A DNA stretch of 64,000 nucleotides from Tubulanus polymorphus (Eukaryota; Animalia; Nemertea). The notes under the pieces are model-generated. The model ran no database searches and was not told the DNA's origin. It worked only from the letters and a program-made list of their open reading frames with translations. The translations under genes and the position numbers were made by a program. Below, one piece after another: positions 38,485 through 49,942 of the stretch. The number at the start of each line of letters is the position of its first letter. The stretch's first letter is position 1. Location of the stretch: positions 186,001-250,000 of the forward strand of contig NC_134035.1 of assembly GCF_964204645.1 (NCBI RefSeq). The letters are read 5' to 3'.

Positions 38485-41400
38485 GATACTATTTTCACAC
38501 AATGCTATTATTCTTTCTCACACACAAAGAAAAAAATCAATATTTCATCCGTTCGCGAAATTAGATGAATTACATTCGCTGCGACGATGAATCAAATGGA
38601 GCGATTGTTATTTATTGGTTGAAAGTCGAAGAGTTAAGTTGTAGCAACAACAGTTCGATTCTTGTTTTAACTGGACACAGTTTCAGGTTTGTTGATTTCT
38701 CATTTTTTGTTGTAATTCAGTCATTGATCAGATAACCTTCTTATTACGTATTACTTCGTAAATTTCGATACTTTAATACTTTAACAGGATCCTCTTCCAC
38801 AGCAGCTACGTTTCACTCAAATTAGTTTTCCAATATATAATAGGGATATCATATATAGTATCCCTAGGGTTTGTTAGTTACCTAATCGTTGGTGGTAAGC
38901 TTTTTATAATCAGATGGGCTTATACCAACGTGGTTTGTGCAAAATATCCGATCATGAAACTAAACCACAGACAGGTTACTGACTACCCTAGGGTCAAATT
39001 CTAACAAATAAAAACTATGCACATGGGTCCGTAGTATTAATTATAGTTAGGGAGTCATTGCTATCCATGAACTACATTAAAAATCAACAATTTCTGAAAA
39101 CAGTTAATTTCACTCATACTGGATATTTTCGGACAACAGGTGATTACTTGTCTGTCTCAGCGATATTAGAGTTTTAGAAATATATTTCAAAAAATATTTG
39201 AGTAAGTTAAATTCAAGCTGATCTGATGCCTGTTAAATGTGGCAGCTCAAATCACAAAATTTTCAACAAGCCTCGTGGTAAATGAAATGTATGATCGCCT
39301 CGGGCTGTATTACTATTGTGTGTGAAAAATACTATTTCAGCATCACGTATCAATTAGGATGCTGCTGCTGCTGCTGCTGCGTGTCTATACAGGTATCAAT
39401 CTGTAAGCTGGAACCTGCCCCCCTTCTGATATTCGACCACCACTGCTGATGATCAGTTTTTGAAAGTGAAATGTCTAATGTCTGGTGTTTGTAGTTCATT
39501 TTCAGTTAAAAAATGTCTCAGGTGAAGCACTGAACACATGTAAAGTGTGGATTATCAGAAATTGGACCATTGAAAACAGAAATCACCTACAAAGCCTACA
39601 GATTGATATTTGAGTGGAAACTCACCAGTAAGAACAAGAGAATGATAACTTCCAGCTGCGAGTTGTGTGAATTTCACATGAGTTGAGTTACTATCAGATA
39701 TAACAACTACAAAATAAAACCAGCTTGTTCAAAACTTTAAGATAGAGTGGCTAGATTTTATTTCAAAGAATCTTATACCTTTTTGAGGTGATGTGATTTT
39801 ATTTTCATTTTTTCCGAGACCAAGTTGACCTTTTCTACCTGAACCCATACTGTAAATATCTCCAGAAGCTGAAAAGAAAAATCAATAACCAATTTGAAAC
39901 AACGATGCTGATGATCGCCAGTGATCTTTATCCTATGCGCGATCTCGCAGTCTCTACAGATGCTTTTTTGTCTTGAGGGCCCAAAGCCTGACCTTCTCAC
40001 ATCTAGATTGGAGGATTTCCAATAGGTTGGTGGAGTGACGTCCTTTACTGCCCTAGTAATTTACACAACTTAGTTCTAAGTGCAAACTCTAGTGCCTTCA
40101 AACAATTTCAAAAAGTTTTTAAATTTCCAGTAGTACATTTAGGGCTTCCTAACATCTTGCTAACATCTTGTTGCTTCATCCCGTCGAAATAACCGACCCA
40201 TTTGAATTTCAGTTTATCCAACAATTGCACAAGTTAAATGTATTTGTTCTTGATAATTCAGATTTACCAGTAAGGAGCAGTGAATGACGTAATCCTGCAG
40301 CTATATCAGTGACTTCATCAGCGAGCGGACTGAGCGTCTGAAAAACAAACAACAGTCTCGATGGATACCGCTAGTCTAGAATTCCCGTTGCCAACAATTG
40401 GTGAATCATTAGCAACACTGACTACTTCAATACAGACTAACGAATCGTCGCGACAACCAATAAATATTGGTCGTGAAGAAGAAATAATTAACAGAGATGT
40501 TGTGAAGTCGAAGAAGAAAAATAAAATCACACCAAAACCAAAATATTTCGAAATGAACTGTGATTTTAATGACAAGTTTGGAAAGACTTATCACCAGTTG
40601 TCTCGAGTGAAGCCAATTTATAAAAGATTTACGGATGCTGAATTGGCGAATAACGGTGAAGTTAACTTAAAAACAAGGTATTCCAATATGTACACTAAAA
40701 TAATGGCAGATATGAATGATAGTTTGAGGAGTGTAAAGTCTACGAGGAAGGATTGTCAATACGAAACAGAGAATTCAATCAGTAACTGTAGCAATAAATA
40801 CATGAATACAACAGCGTCTGAAACAACGACATTAAACAGCAATCATTCTACAGCAACTACAGACAGCAAATTACTGAACACAAGTTTAAATAAGGCAAGT
40901 TATTGAATATTAATGGATTCTATAGGTTCTAATCAAAGCCACTAGAATTAATGATCACTTACAGGCACCGGTAAAGATTGCTGAGATGAGAGTCCTAGCT
41001 GCCCATACGCATTACTTCCCCAAACAAACAGTTGTTTCTCAGCTGAAAAATAAGATTCGGATTAAATAAATTTCGAATAATTTCAATCTACTGAGAGAAA
41101 TATTTAATACCTACCAGTTAAGGCTAATGTAAAGTCCCATCCACAAGCGATTTTGATGATTTTATCGGGAGCTTTCTCAACCTTTTGAAGTTGAGATATA
41201 TTCATACAATGCGATAAACCCAACTGTCCCTTATTATTCCAACCACATCCAAATAATTCACCATCATCTGAAATATCCATTTATGAATATAGTTGATGCA
41301 TACTTATAGATATACAAAAACAGGTGTCCTAGAAATCCATCTCAGTTGTAATCTAGTCCAGTTAAAAGGGAACCCAATGACTTACTCATTAATATGAAAG

Positions 41401-42093
41401 TATGGCCACCTCCACAATGTATTGATTTGATGTTGGACGATGAATCAGTTTGTTCTGGTTTGGTTAATTGTTTAGGAAGATGTGAGTCTTCATTGTGTCC
41501 CAGTCCTAACTGACCGTAAGTATTCGCTCCCTGTAATAGAACAATGAATATAATCATAACTAGTTCATTAAGCATCAAATTGCTACAGGACTGTCGCAAA
41601 TCCAGCGGGAGACAGGCCAGTGTTTGGTAGGGAACTGGCACTGGGTGGAATGAGAGTGGGATGGAGCCAGGACACTGGGACACCACCATTCTCTTTTCGA
41701 ATAAGACCTAATTAGATAACTTCCTTGTTCTTGCAAGACAAGCAATGCTGCATGTTGTACCAGTGCATGGACAAATATTTCAGTTCTAAATGCAATTCAT
41801 GTTATTTGACTCAATACTACTCAAACGCCCGGCGCTCAAGGCCCGCAAGACAAAACGTCACCGGCTGCTGGCGCCACTCTCGGTCGATTGCTGAATTAAT
41901 ATTTCTATAAATTGCACTGTTTCGTAGTTTTTGAATGATTTGGTAAGGCAAATACAAAGTTACAAGGTTTACGTAAGAAATTGGTCTTTGTGGATGATTT
42001 TGTCGCAAAGCTTAGTGACTGACACAAATCGCAGTAGACATTTACCCAAGAAAAGAGAGAATATTTTTGCGAACAACGACCTGGTTCAGCCAT
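36947..42093 (-). CDS. SERGEF: Secretion-regulating GEF (DelGEF), RCC1-repeat protein, 10 exons
   Basis: Exons 42093-42046, 41530-41386, 41267-41115, 41042-40963, 40337-40268, 39868-39779, 39706-39626, 37974-37819, 37466-37314, 37113-36947. RCC1 motifs WGANTYGQLGLGH, CGGGHT, ACGWDFT, AAGLRHS, GWTH, WGRANYNQLG, CGAEHNLA, SWGWNEHGICGNG in SERGEF order. Confidence 0.9.
38441..38480. repeat. (TA)n microsatellite
   Basis: ~20 TA units. Confidence 0.95.
38871..38985. mobile_element. ~115-bp MITE with TAG..CTA-type TIRs and 9-bp TSD
   Basis: Flanked by CCCTAGGGT on both sides. Reverse-complement copy at 52260-52381. Confidence 0.85.
40361..40906 (+). CDS. Unknown 181-aa ORF antisense within SERGEF intron 4
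   Basis: Uninterrupted ATG-started 546-nt ORF filling most of a 625-nt intron (40338-40962), non-repetitive, with protein-like composition. No recognised domain. Confidence 0.45.
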   Translation: MDTASLEFPLPTIGESLATLTTSIQTNESSRQPINIGREEEIINRDVVKSKKKNKITPKPKYFEMNCDFNDKFGKTYHQLSRVKPIYKRFTDAELANNGEVNLKTRYSNMYTKIMADMNDSLRSVKSTRKDCQYETENSISNCSNKYMNTTASETTTLNSNHSTATTDSKLLNTSLNKASY

Positions 42094-42490
42094 TTTGACT
42101 CAAAGTAGGTCAGGGGCAGCTGATTGGCGATTGAGTCTGTGCTCTTCTGTCCATTGAGTTAATTATGCCCCCCTCTTATTACTTATCTACACACGGCTCG
42201 TTTACTGAATCAACTAAAAAACTAATTTTATTTTCGAGGGTATTTCGTCGTATTTCCCGTTACACAACCGTGCGTCAGTCTCCGCTTAAATAAATAGGGT
42301 TTCGTAGAGCTGGGTTTAGAATACGAATGTGCAGCGAGTTTCGGGGAGGGTTGACTCAATGATATAAGAGCACCAATGGTTTAGAAGCTGTACGCTGTTT
42401 TTCGTTGATGATTCGTTGTCCATTCACAGGATTGATTTCTATAACCAATCACCTCGGAACAGGCGCTCACCATTTGGCCCAATGTAAGTC
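42094..42490. promoter_or_regulatory. Probable bidirectional SERGEF/NFYA promoter with multiple CCAAT boxes
   Basis: ATTGG 42123; CCAAT 42373, 42445, 42479; GTAAGT donor at 42484 suggests a non-coding NFYA exon 1. Confidence 0.55.
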
Positions 42491-43193
42491 CACAAATTAT
42501 CGTTCTCTATTTCTATTTATTGTTATTCGTCGGGTGTCGGGTCGATGCGGTAAACTTGAAGATGACAAACTTTAAGCGCTTTCTCGTCGCTAGACAAAAT
42601 CATGATCATCGATGTCCCGGCCATTTTCTTTTTTCGCTTCACTCTCCCTCATCCCTACCCTATTTTAATAGTATTAATCAACATACGATTAAACAAGAAT
42701 GCTGCCATAGTCGCTATGTATGATAACAACACAGCCTGACAAGTGGGGTCTGCTAAACCGGTTAGAAATGTGTAAGGCTGATTCTTATTCATAAATAATA
42801 ATTTTTGGTCATCATTTTATGGATAAAAGAATCGTATCAATTGAGGTTCTTTCATCGACAAAACTGAATCTCAGTGTCTCACAATCGGACAGACTACTAA
42901 ACGTTTCTCTGATTCTATTGCTCTCAAAAACCTCACTTAAATGAATCCAAAGTTGTTACTGTACTCTTAATACTCTTAATTGAATATTGTTTGAGTGAAA
43001 GTGAAGTTTATTTGGTTCAATGTAAGTTTCCCCGGACTCAAACAGGGCCTGGATTTAACTCTGGATAAATTTAACAATTGATTTGATTAATGAAGGAATT
43101 AAATCTTATCTTCTAGAGTTAAACTTTTTTTTGAAACTGGACACACAGTTGGTTCTGGTCTCTCTGACATTAAAAACCTCTGTTGATTTTCAG

Positions 43194-45894
43194 ATGGAGC
43201 AACAACAGTACCAGGTGGTTACAGCTGCCGATGGGACGCAGCAGGTGCATCCGATTCAAACCACACAACAGCAGCAGATCATCATGCAGACTCTTCCTGC
43301 ATCTACAACACAATCAGCTGTACAACCTCAGGTAAAACTCATCATCTTTGCTCTACATTCAGGCTAAGTGTCTCTTACAATAGATTATAGTCGTCAGCCC
43401 TGTACAGCTGTTGTCTTATGAATTCAAATTAATCGGAATTAACATTGATTTTTGTGAATCTATGTAGGTTGTACAGGTCAATCAAGCCGGTCAAATCATA
43501 CAGCCACAAGCATCGACCGGTCAAGTAATACAACTGCCAAACGGACAAACTTTCCAGTTACAGAGCGGACAGCAGGTATAACTACTATATACCACACTAG
43601 TACTGGCCAGTCAGATCTGGGTCGGCAAGTCAGACGTAGGAAGATTGTTTTCTAATTGTGTTGTGTTTTCTCTGTGTAGATACAACTGGTGCAGATGCCT
43701 CAGACACAACAAATACAACAAAGTCAGCAACAGGTACAACCCATAAACCTAGTTTAGGCTAACATAAGATTATACCTTGATTCTCCAATAATCGGCCGGG
43801 TCATTTTGTAAACTACACTAAGATTTGTAATCAGTTCATTTCTATAACTGCTGGGTCTGTTGTGGTAAAATTGATCGTGATTTTAAGAAAAGTAATGTAC
43901 AGTGTAGATAGGCGGCCGGTCGGCTCAACTTTTAAGCTGTGTTTAATCGGTATTTATGATTGATAGGTTGTGATACAGCAACCGCAGGCCGCTCAAACGG
44001 TCGCTCAGACAGTCGCCCAACCTCAGCAGCAGGTCATACAGATGCCAGATGGACAGACGATTATATTCACTCCGATGGTCGCCGGGCAACAAGCCGCGGA
44101 ACAGCCAGCTGCAGCGACGCAGCAAACTACGATACAGCTACCGGGAGGACAGAGTAAGACACTGCTTCAATAATCTATAAAACTGAGGTTAAAAATATTC
44201 ATAAATTTCAACTTATTGAAATATTTTTGCGGGTTTTGTTTTCAGCGGGAGTGATACAGTTACCGATCGGTGCTATCAACACAGCCCAACAGGGGGCGAC
44301 AACAGTACAGGTGGCGCAACCTACTCAAACTCAAGCAGCTCCGCAAGCGATCACCGTACCAGGTGCAAATGGACAGAGCGTCATAATGGTAGGGATTCAG
44401 TTAATTTTTGCGGCGAGAGTTTCCAAGTGTTCATTGATTCCGATCAGTTTTATATTTGACTCTTGTTTTGTTGGTTCGATTTATTTTGTTACATAAAGAT
44501 GATTCCCGGTGCGGGAGGTGCAGCTACCACGACGACAGGTGCGGCTACAGCGGCAGCTGCGAACATACAACGAGTACCGATATCAGGTGCGTCGGAGGTA
44601 CTCGAAGAGGAACCGCTTTATGTCAACGCGAAACAATACCATCGAATATTGAAACGACGACAAGCTCGCGCTAAATTAGAGGCCGAGGGTAAAATACCTA
44701 AAGAGAGAAAGGTCAGTGTTAATACTACGGTTAAACTATGCACTCGTCGACCGCAGCAACTGAACGTTAAATTTACTGAATTTTCAGAAATATCTTCACG
44801 AATCTCGACATCGTCACGCGATGAACCGACAGAGAGGAGACGGCGGTCGATTCCATACGGGGCATGAACTGAAAAATATGTCGTCGACGACGACGAATCA
44901 TACGACCACCGATCATCAACAAATACTGAAAACAGAAACGACTACGTTAAGTATGGCAGACGTGATCGATGTTAATTCTCCCTTACAAGCGCATTTAGGA
45001 AACCAGAATTCACTACCACAAGTAAGACATTCGTTTTCATTTTTTGCGTCGTTTGTTTTTCCGTTATTTCGTGTTTTGTCGATGTTGTCAAATTTATTTC
45101 ACATATTCGTCTGTGAATCTTCAATGTTCCTACTTATAAAATTTAAACCTATTCTCGAGGGGTGATGTGTGGAGGGGGGGGTCGCGAGTGAATGCCGAGT
45201 GGTTACTACAGTAGTTATGTTTTATCAATTCAAAGGTAACGTCTGCCAGTACCGGTAGTCTACATAATGTTTGGAGTAAATTTAATGCTGTTACTCAATC
45301 TACATAGTATATATCAGAGTAAGTACTCAAAAACTCCTCACTGGTGAACATAGGGTACTCAAACTCCTTACTGGTGAATATAGGGTACTCAAACTCATCA
45401 CTGGTGAATATAGGGTACTCAAACTCATCACTGGTGAATATAGGGTACTCAAACTCCTCACTGGTGAACATAGGGTACTCAAACTCCTCATTTAGTGAAT
45501 CTAGGGTACTCAAACTCCTCACTTAGTGAACATTGGGTACTCACACTCCTAACTGTTGAATATAGGGTACCGGTACTTCTCAAATTCTTCACTTATTAGT
45601 GAATCTGAGATACTCAAATTTCACGCTGTTGAAACTAGGTATGGTATCTCGCGAATGTGTACATGTGCTCCGGACTGAGGAGTGTAGGGGATGCATGCTC
45701 CGGAGTGAAGGGTGTATAGTCCCTGCAGCAGATTTATGCCTGCATGAATATGACGAGCGTCAATATATATCAACTGTTATGAATATATATTGTTGTTGTA
45801 TTTTCAGAATGGATCTGACACATCTATAACGGACATGTTAAACTCCGAGTCATCTCTTGTATTTAGTAATGCGGGTCTTGTGAAAGTAGAGTGA
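43194..45894 (+). CDS. NFYA: Nuclear transcription factor Y subunit alpha
   Basis: Q-rich N-terminus. CBF-B domain [58 protein letters not shown]. Exons 43194-43331, 43468-43575, 43680-43733, 43967-44153, 44246-44388, 44499-44711, 44788-45021, probable last exon 45808-45894. Confidence 0.95.
45323..45620. repeat. 30-bp minisatellite (GTACTCAAACTCATCACTGGTGAATATAGG) in the last NFYA intron, ~9 copies
   Basis: Directly visible; degenerates toward the right end. Confidence 0.9.
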
Positions 45895-46575
45895 ATAGTT
45901 ATATTCAAACAGCGTTACTGACATTGTGCTATCAACTGAGACCAAGAGAGTGGATCTCCGTCGATCTTCTCGGTCTGTGTTGCGGTTTTTCTGGTATCCA
46001 GGAGTTGTGTTACAAGCGATGGTACGTAATGTAAGTCAGATTTGCTACGGGTCGAGATTTGTAGTTTTAATCTTACTTCGAGGAAACGACATCAAGCGAA
46101 TGAATACCGATTTATATGTAAATATATCTGTGTGTATCATGGATAGTAAGTTACCCTTGTATTGTGTTATTGTAAACTGTACAAAAAGACTCCGGTTTTA
46201 ATTGTTCATATCAAAGCTCTTCAAATGTTCTCATACATCATTTCAATGATTGATAAACTACTAAAATGTCTCATAATAAAACCAGATGTAATGATTAGGA
46301 TCATTACCTCCTAAATGTATGGAAAAAAACCCATTATTGTGGAATTTGTTCTATGAAGATATCGTCTAAATTCGTCTATTTTAGATGTTTTTTATGTATT
46401 CTTTAAATACACAAATGTTGTTTGGGAACTATACGATGTGTGTAGTGTATCTACACATGACTAATTGTTGCGTTGTATCTGATGTTCGTGAAAAAGTGCG
46501 TTTACAGTTCATAGAATAAGTAGTAATCAATTATTACACATGCAACCATTACACAGGAAAGCATAAAGAGACCAG

Positions 46576-46685
46576 GGCCCAGTTTCACAAACAGTGTAAT
46601 CGCTATTGGTTACTTCATATCTTCGATGAGGACAACAATTCAAACTTAACTGTTTTAGGCTTACACTTATTCGTGAAACTGGGCC
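46576..46685. mobile_element. MITE with GGCCCAGTTTCAC TIRs and CAG TSD
   Basis: CAG|GGCCCAGTTTCAC...GTGAAACTGGGCC|CAG. Confidence 0.75.
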
Positions 46686-47499
46686 CAGTGCCTATAGGCT
46701 TACTGTTCATCACTAGCAAACCAGCACAAAAAAATGCAAATACTAATAAAAGTCCAATTGAATTTTCACGATGTCACCCGAGCATTTTGTGGAAAATGTC
46801 CTCCACTTTTGGTTTCATTGTAGTCGACTACTCTCCACTGAAGTCACGTGACTCGCTCGTTGTATCGTGGTGTGTAGAGTGACAGTGATATAAATCATGT
46901 ATGAAATGTTGTGTATATTCGTTTTAAATATGTCTAAATGTACAGTGTATTTATTACTATAATTATTATTAATTATATAAGAAAATATGTGTTTTAATGT
47001 ACACAATAAAGAAAGAAAACTGCAATAATAATTTATCAATTTCATGATTTTGAGTTTTTTCTTTCTGCGTGTAGTTGGTTTGTGGAGTGATAATCCTGGA
47101 TCTGCACCCTCATGAGAACGAGCTAGCCGAAGCCCTATTGTTCTGGATCGAATTGGTTTAAACCTAACAATTGTATGCGATATCTCGATTCATCAAACCG
47201 AGATACCGAAGATTGAACGGATTACAAATACTAGCATCTACGCCAGTAAAATGAGAAGCTCGTAGCTTTATCTTTCTTGATGTCGTTTGAATTCCCAAAA
47301 CTACTATTGAATTGTTCATTGGATCGAGTTACGCCTTTTGAAATACTGCTCACACTACCTCAGCTAACCTGGGTTCAGCCTATCCTATAGGTGTACTAGG
47401 TACAAACCTAGGATCTCATTTTCCTTCAGCAACCCGGGGCCGCATGGAATGAATCGGTTACAATCGACGAACTTTTAGCTACGTAGATTTTATTTAGAT

Positions 47500-48450
47500 T
47501 CAGATTAACACATTCGAATATTTATCTTTGCACAGTTTTAGGCGTCGTTCTCTGACGGACAGCCCGTAGTCCTGTTCGGGCGTATCGGCCGCTAGGATAC
47601 GGGCAGACGTCGTCGGTGTCACATCTCTCGGCGATACGAATAACCGACGATTCTGATTGGTCGGAGTAATGTGTAATCTTAAACTGAACGATTCAAACAA
47701 ATCTTCACAAATTGCGGCTGTATTTAAATCACTGAATAGTTTTTTAACGGGTGAAGTTTTATTTTTCGTCGCTCGATGTTTTTCGCCACCTACTCGACGA
47801 CGAGTGGAGACAGAAGGGGTCGTGTTGCGTTCCACCGAACGACAAGTCGACATCGTTTCTCCACGCGGAAGTTTTTTATATTTTCGATTATGAGTTAACG
47901 ATTTCGAAGGAGTTTCGAATTCAGCCGGGTCGCCGTCGACGAAACTGAATTGTTGCGCGGGAGAACGAGGCTGGTCTCCGTGGAATTGTAGCGGTATTTT
48001 CGCGTGTCGATTCCTCGTGCGATGAGAGTAGATATAAGTCGCTTGGTGATCGGTATTTGATGTGGTGTCATTATTTCTACGAGGTTTTCGGACTCCGAGC
48101 TGTCGTCGAATGGAAGGATTCCTGATGCCTCGAAACTGCGGTGACACCTGCAATTAATGAATAAGACAAATAAATGTTTTTCTAAGAGTGGCCTAAAAAG
48201 AGAGATTATTCATTGTCCAAAAAAGCAACTTTTTTAGGCCCAACTCCAAATACTGAGACTGAATCAAAATGGTGGTTTATTATTATCTTACCCAAGGAAT
48301 ATTAGTTTGCGAGTCGATCGTTATGACGTCAGCAGTTGGTGGATTTTCAGACGCTAGAACCGGAGAAACTCGATCACCGCAAATTGATATCGGACTTTCG
48401 ACAAATATCAGTTTCGGTTTTTTCTCGGACTTTTGGCCTCTTCGTGGCAT
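47500..48450 (-). CDS. RHNO1: RHINO (RAD9-HUS1-RAD1-interacting nuclear orphan 1)-like protein, 2 coding exons
   Basis: Exon 48450-48292 (MPRRGQKSEKKPKLIFVESP...TIDSQTNIPW) splices to 48147-47500 (VSPQF...), rebuilding WVSPQF. C-terminal ILAADTPEQDYGLSVRERR resembles human VLVKDTPEDKYGIKVTWRRR. Confidence 0.75.
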
Positions 48451-48674
48451 CCTTTCATCTTTTAGGAGGAAAACCTAAAAATCATTTCATTCTTCCATCA
48501 GGCAGTGGATATGCATTGGTAAAATATCAACATTCTTATCATTATTTGCATTAAAATAGAGCGCGGCTCTACGTCCTTGAGATTCCTTTGATTTCCTCTT
48601 TTGGACTTTTGAAGAATAAAATCTTAATTGAATTGAATTGGATATATTTAAACAATGTAAAACGGACTTTAATA

Positions 48675-48861
48675 CGGGATATCGACAAATTTAAGTTCTT
48701 GAATTACTCGTTTGATGGCGCTAGTCAGAACCGGAAATTGGAACCTAAATCCGCCATGTTCTAGTTCATTTGCAATAAAAATCTCTCGCTTCAAGTTTTT
48801 AGTTAGCGATATTTTACTTACTATACATAGGCACGCATAATCCTTTGAGTATGATATCCCG
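48675..48861. mobile_element. ~187-bp MITE-like element (CGGGATATC..GATATCCCG), copy 1
   Basis: Short TIRs; near-identical inverted copy at 49303-49489. Confidence 0.7.
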
Positions 48862-49302
48862 GCAATGTGTTGAATTCGATAAAACCTCACTTTGAACGTT
48901 AAAGATCACTAGAAATGTGAAAAAACTACCAAAAATCACAAATTTAGCGATGACGCTCGAAGCAGCTAACGGAAGTAATGACTGGTGCCGGGTGTCATCA
49001 CTTTGTTGTTGAGTTCAAGACTCTAAGGTGAATTCATTGCACACTACACCATAAATATGAAATAATATTACGAAATAAAATTGATGTTAGAAGGACTACA
49101 CTCGTAGATTCATAGTAAAATATGAAAAGTACCAGGACTCGAACCAACAATCAAAATTGGGCCGTCAAGTGCTGCCACCATGTAATACCTGGCAACCAGT
49201 CTTTACATCTTCAGCCGTTGCAAAATGTTTTTTGATAATTTTAGGACACTTATAGTGATTTCTAGCCTTTGCAGTGAAGTTTTATCATATCCAACGTAGC
49301 GG

Positions 49303-49489
49303 TAGGATAACATATTTAAAGGATTACGCGTAACGATGTATAGTAAGTAAAATATCGCTCATTAAAAACTTGAAGCGAGAGATTTTCATTGCAAATGAAC
49401 TAGAGCATGGAGGATTTAGGTTCCAATTTCCGGTTCTGACTAGCGCCATCAAACGAGTAATTTAAGAACTTGAATTTGTCGATATCCCG
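49303..49489. mobile_element. ~187-bp MITE-like element, copy 2 (inverted relative to copy 1)
   Basis: Reverse complement aligns along the full length of 48675-48861. Confidence 0.7.
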
Positions 49490-49942
49490 TACTCAGCATC
49501 GTTCGGTGATTTTGTCGTATGATTCTAGACACACTTTAGCCGTCTAAAATAAATTGGTTTGCCTCTTATTATTAAAAAGTTTGATAGCTAGAAAAGCTAA
49601 AGACATATGTTAACGAGGATTCAATGATAACTGCTGACGTAACTTAAGTTCGTGGAATATAAGGTAAAAATTCGAGAAGAGAGATAGTCTGTGCATATAC
49701 CGTAATACTAAAACAACCACCGGCTAAACCTCCAGCGAATTTTTCACAAAATGCCCTTAGGTTTCCGAGGGGCTTGTATCCACTTTTTATGGCGTAATTT
49801 TTTATCCTTATTCCAGATAATGGTTTAGCTGACCTTTTGCAGAACTGATCATCGCATCTTAGAATGCAGCTACGCGTCGCAGCAAGTGCAGCTTGAAGAG
49901 AGAGAGAGGAGACTGTAACAAGTCAGGAGGAAATTTGTCATC

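Noticed and set aside
45295-45526. Repetitive ORFs (EFEYPIFTSD / NIGYSNSSLV)
   Set aside because: Translations of an intronic 30-bp minisatellite.
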